This document shows positions 5,671 through 6,309 of a stretch of DNA of 6,309 nt, piece after piece. A model generated the notes under the pieces. It saw nothing but the letters and a program-made list of their open reading frames with translations, ran no database searches and had not been told where the DNA came from. Numbering within the stretch: position 1 is the first letter of the stretch; each line of letters starts with the position of its first letter. The DNA comes from Candidatus Nanopusillus sp. (lineage in GTDB: Archaea > Nanobdellota > Nanobdellia > Nanobdellales > Nanobdellaceae), in assembly GCA_028275775.1 (NCBI GenBank), contig JAPWTZ010000021.1, positions 1 through 6,309 on the forward strand, read 5' to 3'. The translations under genes were made by a program, and so were the position numbers.

Positions 5671-6033
5671 ATGCCAAATGACTGGTCATATTTAGTAGAA
5701 TTACAAAAAAATAAACCAGGTACTTTGACAAAGATACTTAAAAATAATGCACCAAAATATGTAAAAGAAGAAGTTAGAAGATTAATCAAAGAAGGTAAGA
5801 TTAAAAATATACAAGAATTAGTACAAAAAGCAGTAAGTGAAAATAAGAGTTTAATAAAAGTATTAGAAGAATATGGAATTAAAAATAAGGAAAGAAAATT
5901 TGGAAAGGGAAGTATAAGATGTATAATATGTGGTTCTCATGATAGAGTTATTAGAAGATATAAAATACATATATGTGGAAGATGTTTTAGAGAAATGGCA
6001 AAAGAATTAGGATTTAAAGTTATGGGAGAATAA
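5671..6033 (+). CDS. rps14: Ribosomal protein uS14 (zinc-knuckle type) with a ~70-aa N-terminal extension
   Basis: The C-terminal ~50 aa (KNKERKFGKGSIRCIICGSHDRVIRRYKIHICGRCFREMAKELGFKVMGE) matches archaeal/eukaryotic uS14 (..KFGKG...C..CG......R.....C..CFRE.A..LGF.K.) with an intact CxxC-x14-CxxC. It sits directly upstream of uS8, as in the conserved cluster, and its stop overlaps the uS8 ATG (TAATG). I do not recognise the N-terminal 70 aa. Confidence 0.85.
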   Translation: MPNDWSYLVELQKNKPGTLTKILKNNAPKYVKEEVRRLIKEGKIKNIQELVQKAVSENKSLIKVLEEYGIKNKERKFGKGSIRCIICGSHDRVIRRYKIHICGRCFREMAKELGFKVMGE

Positions 6034-6309
6034 TGGTAGATATAATTAATGATTTCTTCTCTCACGCTACAAATTGTATAAATGTTGGAAAAAGAGAGGT
6101 AGAATTTAATTATTATAATAAATTATTATTGAATATTTTAGAAAAATTAAAAGAATATAAATTTGTTGAAGAATATAAAACAGAAGGAAAAAAGATAATT
6201 GCTAGATTTTCTGAATACTTTAATTTTGGAAAAGCAATTCATCCAAGATATCCTGTATCATATAAAGAATTAGAAAAGTATGAAAAAAGATATTTACCTG
6301 CAAGTGGTT
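6033..6309 (+). CDS. rps8: Ribosomal protein uS8, N-terminal ~92 codons. It continues past the window end.
   Basis: Not in the ORF track because it is edge-truncated. My own translation is MVDIINDFFSHATNCINVGKREVEFNYYNKLLLNILEKLKEYKFVEEYKTEGKKIIARFSEYFNFGKAIHPRYPVSYKELEKYEKRYLPASG. It matches the archaeal uS8 pattern (DPLAN.LS.I.N.E..GK.E......SKL....L..M...GYI..FE.......G.I.PR.PV....LEKWEKR.LPA) and the conserved S14-S8 gene order. Confidence 0.85.
   Translation, partial: MVDIINDFFSHATNCINVGKREVEFNYYNKLLLNILEKLKEYKFVEEYKTEGKKIIARFSEYFNFGKAIHPRYPVSYKELEKYEKRYLPASG

Noticed and set aside
5671-5880. The idea that the uS14 N-terminal extension is an annotation artefact of taking the longest ORF
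   Set aside because: Not fully rejected, but disfavoured. No internal ATG or GTG exists before the S14 domain. The only in-frame TTG is at codon 19. The TATA box spacing fits the 5671 ATG. It is kept as a finding with an explicit refutation test.
1-6309. Mobile elements, CRISPR arrays, toxin-antitoxin or defence islands. The PIN domain at ~780-1084 could superficially suggest a VapC toxin.
   Set aside because: There are no terminal inverted repeats, transposase or integrase genes, or regularly spaced repeats. The PIN domain is fused to a PilT-type ATPase in the conserved archaeal housekeeping architecture. It is not a stand-alone VapC with an adjacent antitoxin.

Overview
This is a very AT-rich archaeal chromosomal window, judged by eye rather than computed. 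It contains core information-processing genes. I found no mobile element, CRISPR array, or tRNA/rRNA gene.

On the minus strand there is a tightly packed four-gene unit:
- Orc1/Cdc6 (3025-4257)
- PolD small subunit DP1 (1376-3028)
- RNA polymerase subunit L/Rpo11 (1071-1352)
- an edge-truncated PIN-domain PilT-family ATPase (1-1084), which is absent from the supplied ORF track and which I translated myself

Upstream of cdc6 is the only sizeable non-coding stretch, 4258-4581. It carries repeated AATYGATTT and CCCTTAAA boxes and is the best candidate for a replication origin. To its right lie a compact DUF460/COG2433-type RuvC/YqgF-like RNase-H-fold protein (4582-5598, minus) and a 72-nt divergent promoter spacer. 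These are followed by zinc-type ribosomal protein uS14 with an atypical ~70-aa N-terminal extension (5671-6033, plus) and the start of uS8 (6033-6309, plus, also missing from the ORF track).

All three transcription-unit starts have a TATA-like octamer centred about 26-29 nt upstream of the ATG, which implies leaderless mRNAs. The extreme AT content, overlapping genes and broken ribosomal-protein cluster suggest a reduced-genome DPANN/Nanoarchaeota-like archaeon. That assignment is inference only.

I do not see convincing evidence for a wholly novel multi-gene system. The points most worth a second look are the candidate origin architecture, the long-form uS14, a His-to-Gln change in phosphoesterase motif I of DP1, and the uncharacterised RNase-H-fold protein beside the origin.
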